Source: a virus. From it: DNA of 64,000 nucleotides. The notes under the pieces were generated by a model. That model was given only the letters and a program-made list of their open reading frames with translations, was not told the origin of the DNA and did not search any database. Positions 36,457 to 44,543 of the stretch are shown here, one piece after another. Numbering within the stretch: position 1 is the stretch's first letter; every line of letters starts with the position of its first letter. The position numbers were made by a program, and so were the translations under genes. The stretch is taken from positions 1 to 64,000 of IMG/VR virus record IMGVR_UViG_3300005466_000024; one strand, written 5' to 3'.

Positions 36457-37095
36457 CTATCCTCCGGGCCCGAAGATGGATCCCTGCGGCTGGGGCACCC
36501 CGATCGGCACGAGGCCTGCCCCTGCCGGTCCGATCAGTGGTGCACCCGGGGGAAGTGGTGTCGCCGGCAGCGAGGCGCCGTTGCCGAACAGGTTGAGCAG
36601 GCCGTCGAGTATCCCCAGGGGTGCGCTGAGCACCCCGTCGGGCATGCCCAGCCCGAAGATCGTCATCCAGTTGCTGGCGATGGAGGCGATGTTGGTGGTG
36701 GTGGCGACCATCGAGGACAGCAGGCTGATCTCGAGTTTGGCGCGGGGCGCGACGTTGGCCCGCTGCCCGCCGGCCCGGAACGTTTTGATGGTGCCGGTCC
36801 AGTTCATGATGTTGCGTTCCGGCCAGTACAACACCACACCCACCGAGGTGCTGTCGGCGGATTGGGCGGCGATCTGGTTGGCCCGGGCGAATTGCTGGAA
36901 GTGCTCGAAGTCGTTTTCGTTGGCGAAGACGATGTCGAATTCGGCTTCGGGCTGGTTGACCTTGACTGGGAAGTGCTGTGTCAGTGTGCGGGTCTGCACG
37001 CTGGTGATGCTCGCCGCGATGGGGGCGGTGAACGCGGTGCAGTTCAGCGCGTAGGTGGTGCCCAGCTCCCGGCTGGTCACCCGTAATTTACTCAT
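36457..37095 (-). CDS. Baseplate/tail protein (212 aa)
   Basis: Probable start ATG 37095 (ATGA overlap); between tube initiator and hub. Confidence 0.6.
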   Translation of the reverse strand: MSKLRVTSRELGTTYALNCTAFTAPIAASITSVQTRTLTQHFPVKVNQPEAEFDIVFANENDFEHFQQFARANQIAAQSADSTSVGVVLYWPERNIMNWTGTIKTFRAGGQRANVAPRAKLEISLLSSMVATTTNIASIASNWMTIFGLGMPDGVLSAPLGILDGLLNLFGNGASLPATPLPPGAPLIGPAGAGLVPIGVPQPQGSIFGPGG

Positions 37096-37274
37096 GGTGC
37101 CTGCGGTGACGGTCCGGGTGAGGACGGCAGCTGCAGTGGCACCACCGTTTCGGGTGGGTTGTACACCAGTCCCCACTGGTAGGAGAAGCACAACCCGTTC
37201 ATGTCGACCTCGGGGGTGACGCCGCGCAGTTTGATCGGCATGGAGATGGGTCCGTTGCTTACGAAATCGGTCAT
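37092..37274 (-). CDS. Small tail-region protein (about 60 aa)
   Basis: MTDFVSNGPISMP...; RBS GAGGAGG; coupled to the next gene. Confidence 0.5.
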   Translation of the reverse strand: MTDFVSNGPISMPIKLRGVTPEVDMNGLCFSYQWGLVYNPPETVVPLQLPSSPGPSPQAP

Positions 37275-37302
37275 CGCTGGCCTCCTCACCCTTTTCCTGG
37301 GT

Positions 37303-38094
37303 TCAGATGAAGCCGCCGATCACTGGGATGGTGTTGAGGGCGGTGCCGAGTCCTCCGAGTCCGGAGGAGTTCAGCAGGCTGCCCAGCCCGGTGGGGCTGA
37401 TGACCCCGGCGCCGCCGCTGATGATGTTGTCCAGTCCGGGGATGGAGGACACCATGTTGGTGATGTTGGCGGGGACGTCGGTCGGTGACATCCAGGTGGG
37501 CGACTGGTGGGCGGCGCCGTCGCCGGGCAGGCTCTTGCGGTAGGTGGTGGCGGCGGTGCCCACGTCGCGGGCCAGGGTGGCGAGTTCGTTGGCGATGGAC
37601 AGCGCGCTCATCGTCCCAGACACGTCTTCCTGCACTTTGAATGTCAGGGCGATTTCCCGGACGGTGCTGTTGAATCCGTCGGCGAACGGCACGGACTGGG
37701 CGAACACGGCCATTCGCCAGTTGCGGGTGGTGTAGGTGAAGTTGCCGGGTTTGCCGTTGCGCTGCGCGATCATGAAGTCCTTCATGAACTCCACCACCTG
37801 CTGGTAGTACGGCCAGCGTCCGCGCCCGCAGTCGACCTTGATGACCAGGTCGTCGATGCGGGTGCCCAGGATCTGCACCACCCGGCCTCCGTAGGTTTGT
37901 TCGACGTTGGTCAGCAGCGTGTAGGACCACCACACCGAGTTGGGATTCGTGCGGAACACCAGGGTGTTGCCCCCGTAGGACAGGCTGGCCAGGCCGCGGT
38001 GGCTGTTGGGGGAGAGCTGGTTGGCCTGGCTGGCGCCCGCCGACCGTGGGGTCGCGGGGACGGCCGTGGAGTAGCCCTGGATGCCGGCGGTCAT
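37303..38094 (-). CDS. Tail tube initiator/baseplate protein (263 aa)
   Basis: ATG 38094 overlaps tape-measure stop; LVFRTNPNSV-WSY...VEQTYGG-VVQILG pattern; canonical position. Confidence 0.6.
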   Translation of the reverse strand: MTAGIQGYSTAVPATPRSAGASQANQLSPNSHRGLASLSYGGNTLVFRTNPNSVWWSYTLLTNVEQTYGGRVVQILGTRIDDLVIKVDCGRGRWPYYQQVVEFMKDFMIAQRNGKPGNFTYTTRNWRMAVFAQSVPFADGFNSTVREIALTFKVQEDVSGTMSALSIANELATLARDVGTAATTYRKSLPGDGAAHQSPTWMSPTDVPANITNMVSSIPGLDNIISGGAGVISPTGLGSLLNSSGLGGLGTALNTIPVIGGFI

Positions 38095-40298
38095 CGTCGC
38101 GGTCCCCCGTAGCCGGGCGGCGGGTTGTTGGGGGCCATCACGTTGCCGTTGCCGTCGGTGGCGCCCGCGTTGGCGGCCTGTTCGTGCGGAGTGAGCTGGA
38201 TCGTCTGCGGGGTGCTCAGCAGTTTGCGTGCTTCCGGTGTGAGCCCGATGGTGACCTGCCCGGACACGTTGGTGGTGCCGCCCGCTGCGCTGCTCGGGGC
38301 CGTTGGTCCTTCGGCCAGTGTGTAGCCGCGGCCGTCCTTCTGGGTGGCAGGGCGCCACGTGTACTGGTTGTTGATGAGTTTTTCGACCTGGTCACGATTC
38401 TTGCGGTCGAACTTGATCGGTTTGCCGGATTCATCGAGGACGGTGATGCCGCCCTTGTCGTCGTAAGCCGCCAGTACCTGGTCGAGCGCCGCGTTGTGGT
38501 AGCCGACCTGTTCGTCCTGCGAGGATCCCAGTCCCAGCAGCCCGGGGATCTTTTTCAGTTCGTCCCACACCGTCGGCCCCGAATCGCGTTGTGCGGCACT
38601 GACCCGCGAGGTGGGGGCCCGGTATTCCAGTTTTTGCTGCTGCTTTTGGGTGTCCTGGATGCCCTGGGTAAAGGGGTCGGTGCCCTCGATGGTGTACTGG
38701 TGGAAATAGGCCTTCACCTGGGCGGCGTCGTTCGCCCAGGGCACTCCTTGGGCGCGCAGTCGCATCTGCCACAGCACCAGCGCGTTGTAGTAGGCCGCCG
38801 TCCCTTCGGCGGGGCGCCCGGCCTGGGTCCAGTATTGTGTCGCCCAGCCTTTGATGACGTTGGACGAGGCTTGCACCATGTCCGTGCCGCCGACCATGAA
38901 CGGCAGTGCCCCCGGCAGCACGCCCGGCGGCACCTGCAGCCCTCCCTGGTATTGCAGGAAGGGTAGGTTCTGTGGTTGCAGCATGGATTGGACGAGCTGC
39001 TGGCCGGTGCCCTGCAGTCCTTGCACGTTGTTGACGTTGGCCGCCGCCATCGCCATCTGGGCGGCCTGCGCCCCGGGCATTCCGGCGTTGATCCCCGCCG
39101 CCGAGGTGGCCGCGAACCCCTTGATGAGGTCGGGCAGGCTGGTGGCCCCGGCTTTCGACAGTTCCTGCAGGTCGCGCAGGTTGGTGTTGAGTCCGTTCAG
39201 CGACTGGCCGCCCTCGTTGACGTTCTTGCGCAGCAGCTCGAACGACGACGAGATGTCCATGTTCATGTCCTTGAGGTTCTGCGCGACGAACCCGGTGATC
39301 GTGTCGAATTCCCGGCCCGTGTAGCCTTCCCGCAGCCCCTGCTGGACGATTTGCCGGGCCTGTTCGTTGGTGATGAACGGGTTGGCGGCCATGGCGCGGA
39401 TCGACGTCTCGTAGCCGAGACCTTCCCCGACGCCGCCGCCGCGGATCGACCCCATCGCGCGGGCACCTTGGATGGCTTCGCCGGTGCGCTGGAACAGGCC
39501 GTAGCCCAGCGCCGCCGCGCCGAGTCCCGTCCCGATGGGCCCCAGCGCCTTCATCACCCCGCCGAGACCCCCGCCGAAGCCCAGGGCGTCGATGAGTCCA
39601 CCGCCGCCGCCTTCCGCCCCGCCGGGAACTCGTCCCGCAGCCCGGCGGGTGGCCTGTTCGGCGGGCCCCACCGCCTGCTGGGTCGCCGGCGACATTCCCG
39701 AGACGGCGCGTCGCGCCGTCTCCCCTTCGGCACCCCCGTATTCGCTGAGTACCTGTTCTGCGATGCCGCGGCCCCCGAGCTGCCCGCGCAGCGCCTGTTC
39801 GCGGTTGCTGATCCGCTGGGTCGCCGCGGTCAGACCTTCCTCGGTGGGGGTGGTAACGTCGCCGCTGCGCACCCATCCGGATGCCGCCATCTTGTTGATG
39901 TAGGCCCGCGGGTTGGTCTCGCGCAGTTCGTTGAGCATTTCCTGGGCTTCGGGGGCGGAGGCGGGTGTGCGGCCCATTCCCATCCCGGCGGTGGTTCCGG
40001 CGAATGGGCTGACGTACTGGGGTGGGGCGTTGAGCTGCGGCTGGCCCGTCGTCTGGGCGGCACTGAGGTTGCGTATGGCGGCGGCGGCTCGGTCGGCGGC
40101 GCCGGCCTGGGCCTCCAGCATTTTCACGAAGCTGTCCTGGGACCGGCTGGCGGCCTCGGTGGAGGTCCGCAGCAGGTTGACCTCCTGGACGAGGGTCCGG
40201 ATCCCGGTGACGGCGTCGCCGGGGATGTCCATCGACAGCCGCAACGTGACGAAGTCGTCCCCCTGTTGGAAGGGGCTGCTGCCTCCGGGGGTGGTCAA
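38091..40298 (-). CDS. Tape measure protein (735 aa)
   Basis: Ala/Gly/Gln-rich and helical; directly after the frameshifted chaperone pair. Confidence 0.8.
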   Translation of the reverse strand: MTTPGGSSPFQQGDDFVTLRLSMDIPGDAVTGIRTLVQEVNLLRTSTEAASRSQDSFVKMLEAQAGAADRAAAAIRNLSAAQTTGQPQLNAPPQYVSPFAGTTAGMGMGRTPASAPEAQEMLNELRETNPRAYINKMAASGWVRSGDVTTPTEEGLTAATQRISNREQALRGQLGGRGIAEQVLSEYGGAEGETARRAVSGMSPATQQAVGPAEQATRRAAGRVPGGAEGGGGGLIDALGFGGGLGGVMKALGPIGTGLGAAALGYGLFQRTGEAIQGARAMGSIRGGGVGEGLGYETSIRAMAANPFITNEQARQIVQQGLREGYTGREFDTITGFVAQNLKDMNMDISSSFELLRKNVNEGGQSLNGLNTNLRDLQELSKAGATSLPDLIKGFAATSAAGINAGMPGAQAAQMAMAAANVNNVQGLQGTGQQLVQSMLQPQNLPFLQYQGGLQVPPGVLPGALPFMVGGTDMVQASSNVIKGWATQYWTQAGRPAEGTAAYYNALVLWQMRLRAQGVPWANDAAQVKAYFHQYTIEGTDPFTQGIQDTQKQQQKLEYRAPTSRVSAAQRDSGPTVWDELKKIPGLLGLGSSQDEQVGYHNAALDQVLAAYDDKGGITVLDESGKPIKFDRKNRDQVEKLINNQYTWRPATQKDGRGYTLAEGPTAPSSAAGGTTNVSGQVTIGLTPEARKLLSTPQTIQLTPHEQAANAGATDGNGNVMAPNNPPPGYGGPRR

Positions 40299-40336
40299 CG
40301 CGGTCTCCTCGCTGGGTCACCTATTCCAGCGGGGAT

Positions 40337-40738
40337 TTACTGCCAGGGGCTCCAGTCCTGCCAGTACTCCCCCGCGCCGCCCGGCATGGCGCCCCCGTTG
40401 GCGGTGTGTTTCTCACCGTGGACCACCGCTGACGCGTACCACTGGTCGAGCGATTCGACGTTGGTGACCGGCCGGTCGCGTCCTTCTGCCCCTTCCAGGC
40501 CGAGCGCGGCGCGCATTTCGCCCTCGTAGAGTTGCGCCCAGCGTTCCGGGGACAGGTGGAAGGCCTGGTCCTTGACTTCCTCGCGGCGATCGGTCTGTTG
40601 GATGCGCCGGTCCATGTAGATCCAGTACAGCAGCGCCCAGCGTTGGAATCGGTTGAGGCTGCGTTGGTGCAGGAGGCCCTGTTCGTGGGCCAGACGGACC
40701 AGGACTTCGCTGACCTCGTCTAGCCGTCGGCTTTTCCC
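40337..40738 (-). CDS. Tail assembly chaperone, -1 frameshift extension (GT part)
   Basis: The -1 frame is open from slippery site GGGAAAA (40738-40732) as GKSRRLDEVSEV...WQDWSPWQ to TAA 40337. Confidence 0.75.
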   Translation of the reverse strand, partial: GKSRRLDEVSEVLVRLAHEQGLLHQRSLNRFQRWALLYWIYMDRRIQQTDRREEVKDQAFHLSPERWAQLYEGEMRAALGLEGAEGRDRPVTNVESLDQWYASAVVHGEKHTANGGAMPGGAGEYWQDWSPWQ

Positions 40739-41265
40739 AGTTTCTGGGCCAGTTCGTAGAATTCGGCGTCGAGCTTGAGGATTTCGCCGTAGATCTGGGT
40801 GATGACCACCGGGTAGTAGCGCCGCAGCGCGGCGACCTTCTCGGCGTAGAGCTCGTCGTCGGTGAGTTGGCGCAGCGGGGTGACCAGGTCGGTGCCGTCG
40901 ATGCTGCGCACCCCGGCCGCGCACACCGCCAGTTGGTAGGCACGCTGCTCGGCGGGCGGGGCACCGAGAAATTCCTTGCAGAACAACCCGACCCGCAGGT
41001 CGTCGTCGGTGGTGAGGTTGGTGATGGCCACGGTGTGGCCCATCACCGAGATCGTTTTGTTGCGCCGCCCCACGGTGAGCAGGGTGTTGAACAGCGTCCG
41101 TTCCTCGTCGGTGAGTTCGGTGATGCCGTCGTCCCGGGTTTCCTCGTCCTGCGTTTCGCTGTCCGCAATGCGCCGGCGGGTTTCGGTGACCGGCGCCGGG
41201 GCGATCAGCGGGGGGTCTTCCCCTAGGTCGGGGTCGGCTACGATGATGCGCTGTTGCGGCATCAT
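40720..41265 (-). CDS. Tail assembly chaperone (G part, 181 aa)
   Basis: ATG 41265 (ATGA overlap); ends LGKADG* with G GGA AAA slippery heptamer four codons before the stop. Confidence 0.8.
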   Translation of the reverse strand: MMPQQRIIVADPDLGEDPPLIAPAPVTETRRRIADSETQDEETRDDGITELTDEERTLFNTLLTVGRRNKTISVMGHTVAITNLTTDDDLRVGLFCKEFLGAPPAEQRAYQLAVCAAGVRSIDGTDLVTPLRQLTDDELYAEKVAALRRYYPVVITQIYGEILKLDAEFYELAQKLGKADG

Positions 41266-41945
41266 GGGCGCTGCTCGCGGTGTGCGCTCCGGTGGTGCCC
41301 GGGTCGGCCGCAGTGGCCGCACACCTCGTGGGAGGCCACCGTCTGGCGTTCCTCGGGGGGCAGCATGTTCGGGTTGCTGACCTGCTGGCTGGGCGGTGTT
41401 TTCTCCCGGGGTGGCGCCAGTTTCCTGGGGACTTTGTCCTTGGCCTCCTGCGCCACGTCGACGATCTGGTCGCCGGGCAGTTGGCCGGGCCACCCCGCCC
41501 AGGGATCCACGATGGCCTCGAGCCGGCGCGCCTCGTGGAATTCGTCGTCACCGCGGCCCGGGAGGTAGATCGGGGTGCCGAACGGGTGCGGGGCGTCGCC
41601 GTGGAAGTCGGGGTGCGGGCCGGGTTCCTCGCCGGGGTCGTGTTCGGGGGGTGGTCCCCAGTTGTAGCCGGATTCCTCGTCCTCGAGTGCCCGCTCGTGC
41701 TGCTCGTCGTCTTCCGGGGCGTATTCGTACTCGCGCAGCCATTCGTTCCAGTCGCCGTGGCCCCTGCTGGGTTCGCGGTGGTAGGCGGTGTCGTTCGGGT
41801 CGGCCGCCGCCCAGTTCAGCAGTCCGGCGTGGATCCGTTTACCGCCCAGCAGGGCATCGAACTCGGGGCTCGGGGCCCCGGTCATGCTGCGGGGATTCTG
41901 GTCGGGGGCACCCCACCATTGTTCGGCTTGCCGCTGCACGCGCAT
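41262..41945 (-). CDS. Acidic His/Pro-rich hypothetical protein with C-terminal zinc-knuckle-like motif
   Basis: RBS GGAAGGAG; CGHCGRPGHHRSAH at the C-terminus. Confidence 0.65.
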   Translation of the reverse strand: MRVQRQAEQWWGAPDQNPRSMTGAPSPEFDALLGGKRIHAGLLNWAAADPNDTAYHREPSRGHGDWNEWLREYEYAPEDDEQHERALEDEESGYNWGPPPEHDPGEEPGPHPDFHGDAPHPFGTPIYLPGRGDDEFHEARRLEAIVDPWAGWPGQLPGDQIVDVAQEAKDKVPRKLAPPREKTPPSQQVSNPNMLPPEERQTVASHEVCGHCGRPGHHRSAHREQRP

Positions 41946-41969
41946 CTGCGGCTCCTTCCCTTCACCCCT

Positions 41970-43538
41970 TCAGATTCGCCGTGCATATCGGGGGGACAGT
42001 GGGACGGGCTGTGCGCGTTCCTCGACGACCGCACGCATGAATCCGGCCTCTCCGGATGCCACTGAATACCGTTGGGCCAGCCGGGAGTTGGTACGCCCGG
42101 CACCCTGCCCGATCCAGCGCCGGGTCTTCCAGTTGCGTCCGGGCCGCAGATGCCACAGATGACAGATGTCGTTGGAGGTCACCTCGTGCAAAGCGTATAG
42201 CGTGTCCAATGATTTGAGGAACGAGATGTCCTCCCCGCCCCATCCCGAAAAGCGGGGGTCCATTCCGCCGGTCAGCCAGAATGCTTCGGCGGGCATCATC
42301 TGTGCCAGTGCCCCATACAGGTAGCCGTAATTCACGGTGGCCGTTCCGCCGGGTTCCAGCCACTCCTGCCGGGGTGGGGAGGGGACGGCGTACGGCTGGG
42401 CCGGGTCGGTGGTCAGTAAGTCGATGGTGTACTCCTCGGAGAGGCGGTAGAGCCGCCGGTAGGGGACGTACCAGAGTTTGCGCCCGGCGGCCAGGGCCTC
42501 CTCGATGCTGTCCGCGCATTGCTGGATGACATGGGCATCGAGGTAGGCGTCGGCGTCGAGGATGAGCAGGATCCTCCCCCGGGCGCGTTCAGCGGCCCAG
42601 TTCACTGATCGGCACTTGCTGTAGGGCCAGGAGCCGTCGTGGCCGACGATGATCTCCGCATGGGGTAGTTGCTGCTGCCAGTGCTGCGACAGCCATGCCC
42701 ATACTCGTTCGCGGTGCTCGGTGTCCTCCTTGTCGTGCCGGTAGGGTACGAGCACCGACAGTTGCGGGCGCCGGCCCTTCTTGCGGGGCGGCAGGATCGT
42801 TGGGGGTTCGATGGTGGCGCGTGGTGGTGTCGTGCCGGTCGCGGTGGCCAGCGCGGCGCGCAGTTGTTCGCGGACCTCCTCGACGCGCGCGTAGGGGGCA
42901 CGCCAGAACTCCCCGAAGCTGGGGTCGGTGTCGTAGATCGAGGCGTAGTCGCGGTACTTGAAGTCGCCGCCCTCCTTGTCCGCACTGGGGAACAGTTCGG
43001 CGCGGCGTGGGATGCCGAAGGAGTCCGCGACGACGAGGCCGTGCAGGCTGGAGGACACGACTCGTTTACAGCTGGCGATCTCGGTGATCACCTCCCCCGG
43101 GGGTCGGCGCACGTCGATGATGTGGCCGTAGGGGAAGCGTTGCGCGAGTTTCTGGTCGCTCCAGTGTGGGATCACGCCGAGGTCGTATTTGGCCACGGTC
43201 TGCGGCACCCACTTGGAAGCGAGTAGGCCGGGATCCCCGAGTACCACCGAGGTGGGGACACCGCGCACGCGGGCGGCCGACAGCCGCCCGCGCAGTGCGA
43301 TCACGTTGGCCGCCGACAGGTCGACCTCGGAGTTCTCCCGCAGTTTGCCGGCTCCGCACACGGTGCCCGTCCAGCCCGGCGGGAGGTGTTCGAGGACCGA
43401 GCCGACGAGTACCAGGTCGGCCTGCGCGGGCGGCGCCCAGGTGCACTCGACGCCGAGGCGGGCCAGGATCCAGTTGTTCAGCTCGTCACCGAAGTTGTGC
43501 AGCGGAGGCCGCCGCCACCCGTAAACAGCACGGGGCAT
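41970..43538 (-). CDS. Polysaccharide pyruvyltransferase fused to GT2-type glycosyltransferase
   Basis: N: NFGDELN, GSVL, ALRGRLS, GDPGLL, GVIPHW, SSSLHGLVVADSFGIP. C: SVLVPYR, WAAERA, ILDADAY (DxD), GGMDPRFSGWGGED, HLWH. Confidence 0.85.
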   Translation of the reverse strand: MPRAVYGWRRPPLHNFGDELNNWILARLGVECTWAPPAQADLVLVGSVLEHLPPGWTGTVCGAGKLRENSEVDLSAANVIALRGRLSAARVRGVPTSVVLGDPGLLASKWVPQTVAKYDLGVIPHWSDQKLAQRFPYGHIIDVRRPPGEVITEIASCKRVVSSSLHGLVVADSFGIPRRAELFPSADKEGGDFKYRDYASIYDTDPSFGEFWRAPYARVEEVREQLRAALATATGTTPPRATIEPPTILPPRKKGRRPQLSVLVPYRHDKEDTEHRERVWAWLSQHWQQQLPHAEIIVGHDGSWPYSKCRSVNWAAERARGRILLILDADAYLDAHVIQQCADSIEEALAAGRKLWYVPYRRLYRLSEEYTIDLLTTDPAQPYAVPSPPRQEWLEPGGTATVNYGYLYGALAQMMPAEAFWLTGGMDPRFSGWGGEDISFLKSLDTLYALHEVTSNDICHLWHLRPGRNWKTRRWIGQGAGRTNSRLAQRYSVASGEAGFMRAVVEERAQPVPLSPRYARRI

Positions 43539-43681
43539 GTCACCCCCTTCAAAGATGGGCTTGAAGCCTCACCCCTTTAGGGGGCCGGAACTCGCCTCCT
43601 GTTATGGCTTGCGGTACCCCTTGCACAGGAATCCCATAGCTAACTCCCGTGGGTCTCTTTTGGAAGTCCTAGCAAACCTCT

Positions 43682-43687
43682 ATTATA
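43682..43687 (-). promoter_or_regulatory. Consensus -10 hexamer (TATAAT) upstream of the pyruvyltransferase-GT gene
   Basis: Perfect TATAAT in an AT-rich 170-bp gap after the tail tube gene; no clear -35. Confidence 0.4.
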
Positions 43688-43709
43688 CCTATTTGTGCTG
43701 CTCAGACCC

Positions 43710-44180
43710 TCAGACTGGAGTAGTGTAGCAATACTGTACCGTAATGGTTTTGGGCAGTGTCAGGGTACCGATATTGATGTTTTCACCGGCATCGATATCG
43801 GTAATTACGACGTTGTGATAAACCACGGCGCGCATGATTCCAGTGGGGGACTGGATGACCTTTTGCATGGTGACGGTGCCCATGTTCACCTGGGCTTTGA
43901 GCACATCCAGAAGATTGGATGTGCCGGCGAGGCCGGGCAGCCGTGCCCACACCGGTTCGTTCCACAGTTCGTAGAAGGTCAGGCGCAGCGTACCCACCCC
44001 GACCGCCATGGCGGTGACGATCTCGAGGGGCACGGGTTCGTCGATGGGCTGTACGGCCTGGGCGGTGGCTACGGGGGTGGGTGGGGTGTCCTGGATGACC
44101 TGCAGGTAGGCCAGTCGGATGCCCTGGAACAGCATCGTCGTGAATCCGGATCCCCCTACGCGAGTGGCTGATGCGACCAC
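43710..44180 (-). CDS. Tail tube protein
   Basis: 156 aa beta-rich protein downstream of the sheath; GTLRLTFYELWN; strong RBS. Confidence 0.75.
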   Translation of the reverse strand: MVASATRVGGSGFTTMLFQGIRLAYLQVIQDTPPTPVATAQAVQPIDEPVPLEIVTAMAVGVGTLRLTFYELWNEPVWARLPGLAGTSNLLDVLKAQVNMGTVTMQKVIQSPTGIMRAVVYHNVVITDIDAGENINIGTLTLPKTITVQYCYTTPV

Positions 44181-44250
44181 TGGCGCTCACCTCCCTACGC
44201 TCGGGGGGAGGGGCCTGACCCGCCCCGCTCACCCCTTTTGGGCGCAGGGC

Positions 44251-44523
44251 TTATGTGGGTCGCAGGTAGGCGACGGTGCTGGAGCCGGTGGCGACGATGC
44301 CGTAGAGCGACTCGTTGGATCCGGCCGAACCGGGGACACTGAGGGGGGTGGTCATACTGGCGGGCAGTGACGGGCCGCCGGTGGCGCCGGTGGCGGTGAC
44401 CTTGGGGCCACCGAGTACCACGGCGGTCGAGCCGGTGTTCTGGACGAGCACCCCGTAACCCTCGGCTCCCATGTGGCAGATGAGTGTCGGGGTGGTGGTG
44501 ACGGTGACGACGCCGGAGATCAC
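44251..44523 (-). CDS. Small virion protein (90 aa)
   Basis: Between sheath and tube; VLVQNTGSTAVVLGG...SLYGI beta-sandwich-like pattern. Confidence 0.6.
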   Translation of the reverse strand: MISGVVTVTTTPTLICHMGAEGYGVLVQNTGSTAVVLGGPKVTATGATGGPSLPASMTTPLSVPGSAGSNESLYGIVATGSSTVAYLRPT

Positions 44524-44543
44524 ACCCTTTCGGTGTGGGGTTC

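Noticed and set aside
38431-40320. Long alternative-frame ORFs (e.g. 38431-40320, 44572-47148, 52779-55499, 18223-20169, 44535-46817)
   Set aside because: Arg/Pro/Gly-rich shadow frames overlapping well-supported genes, typical of high-GC DNA; no motifs or RBS.
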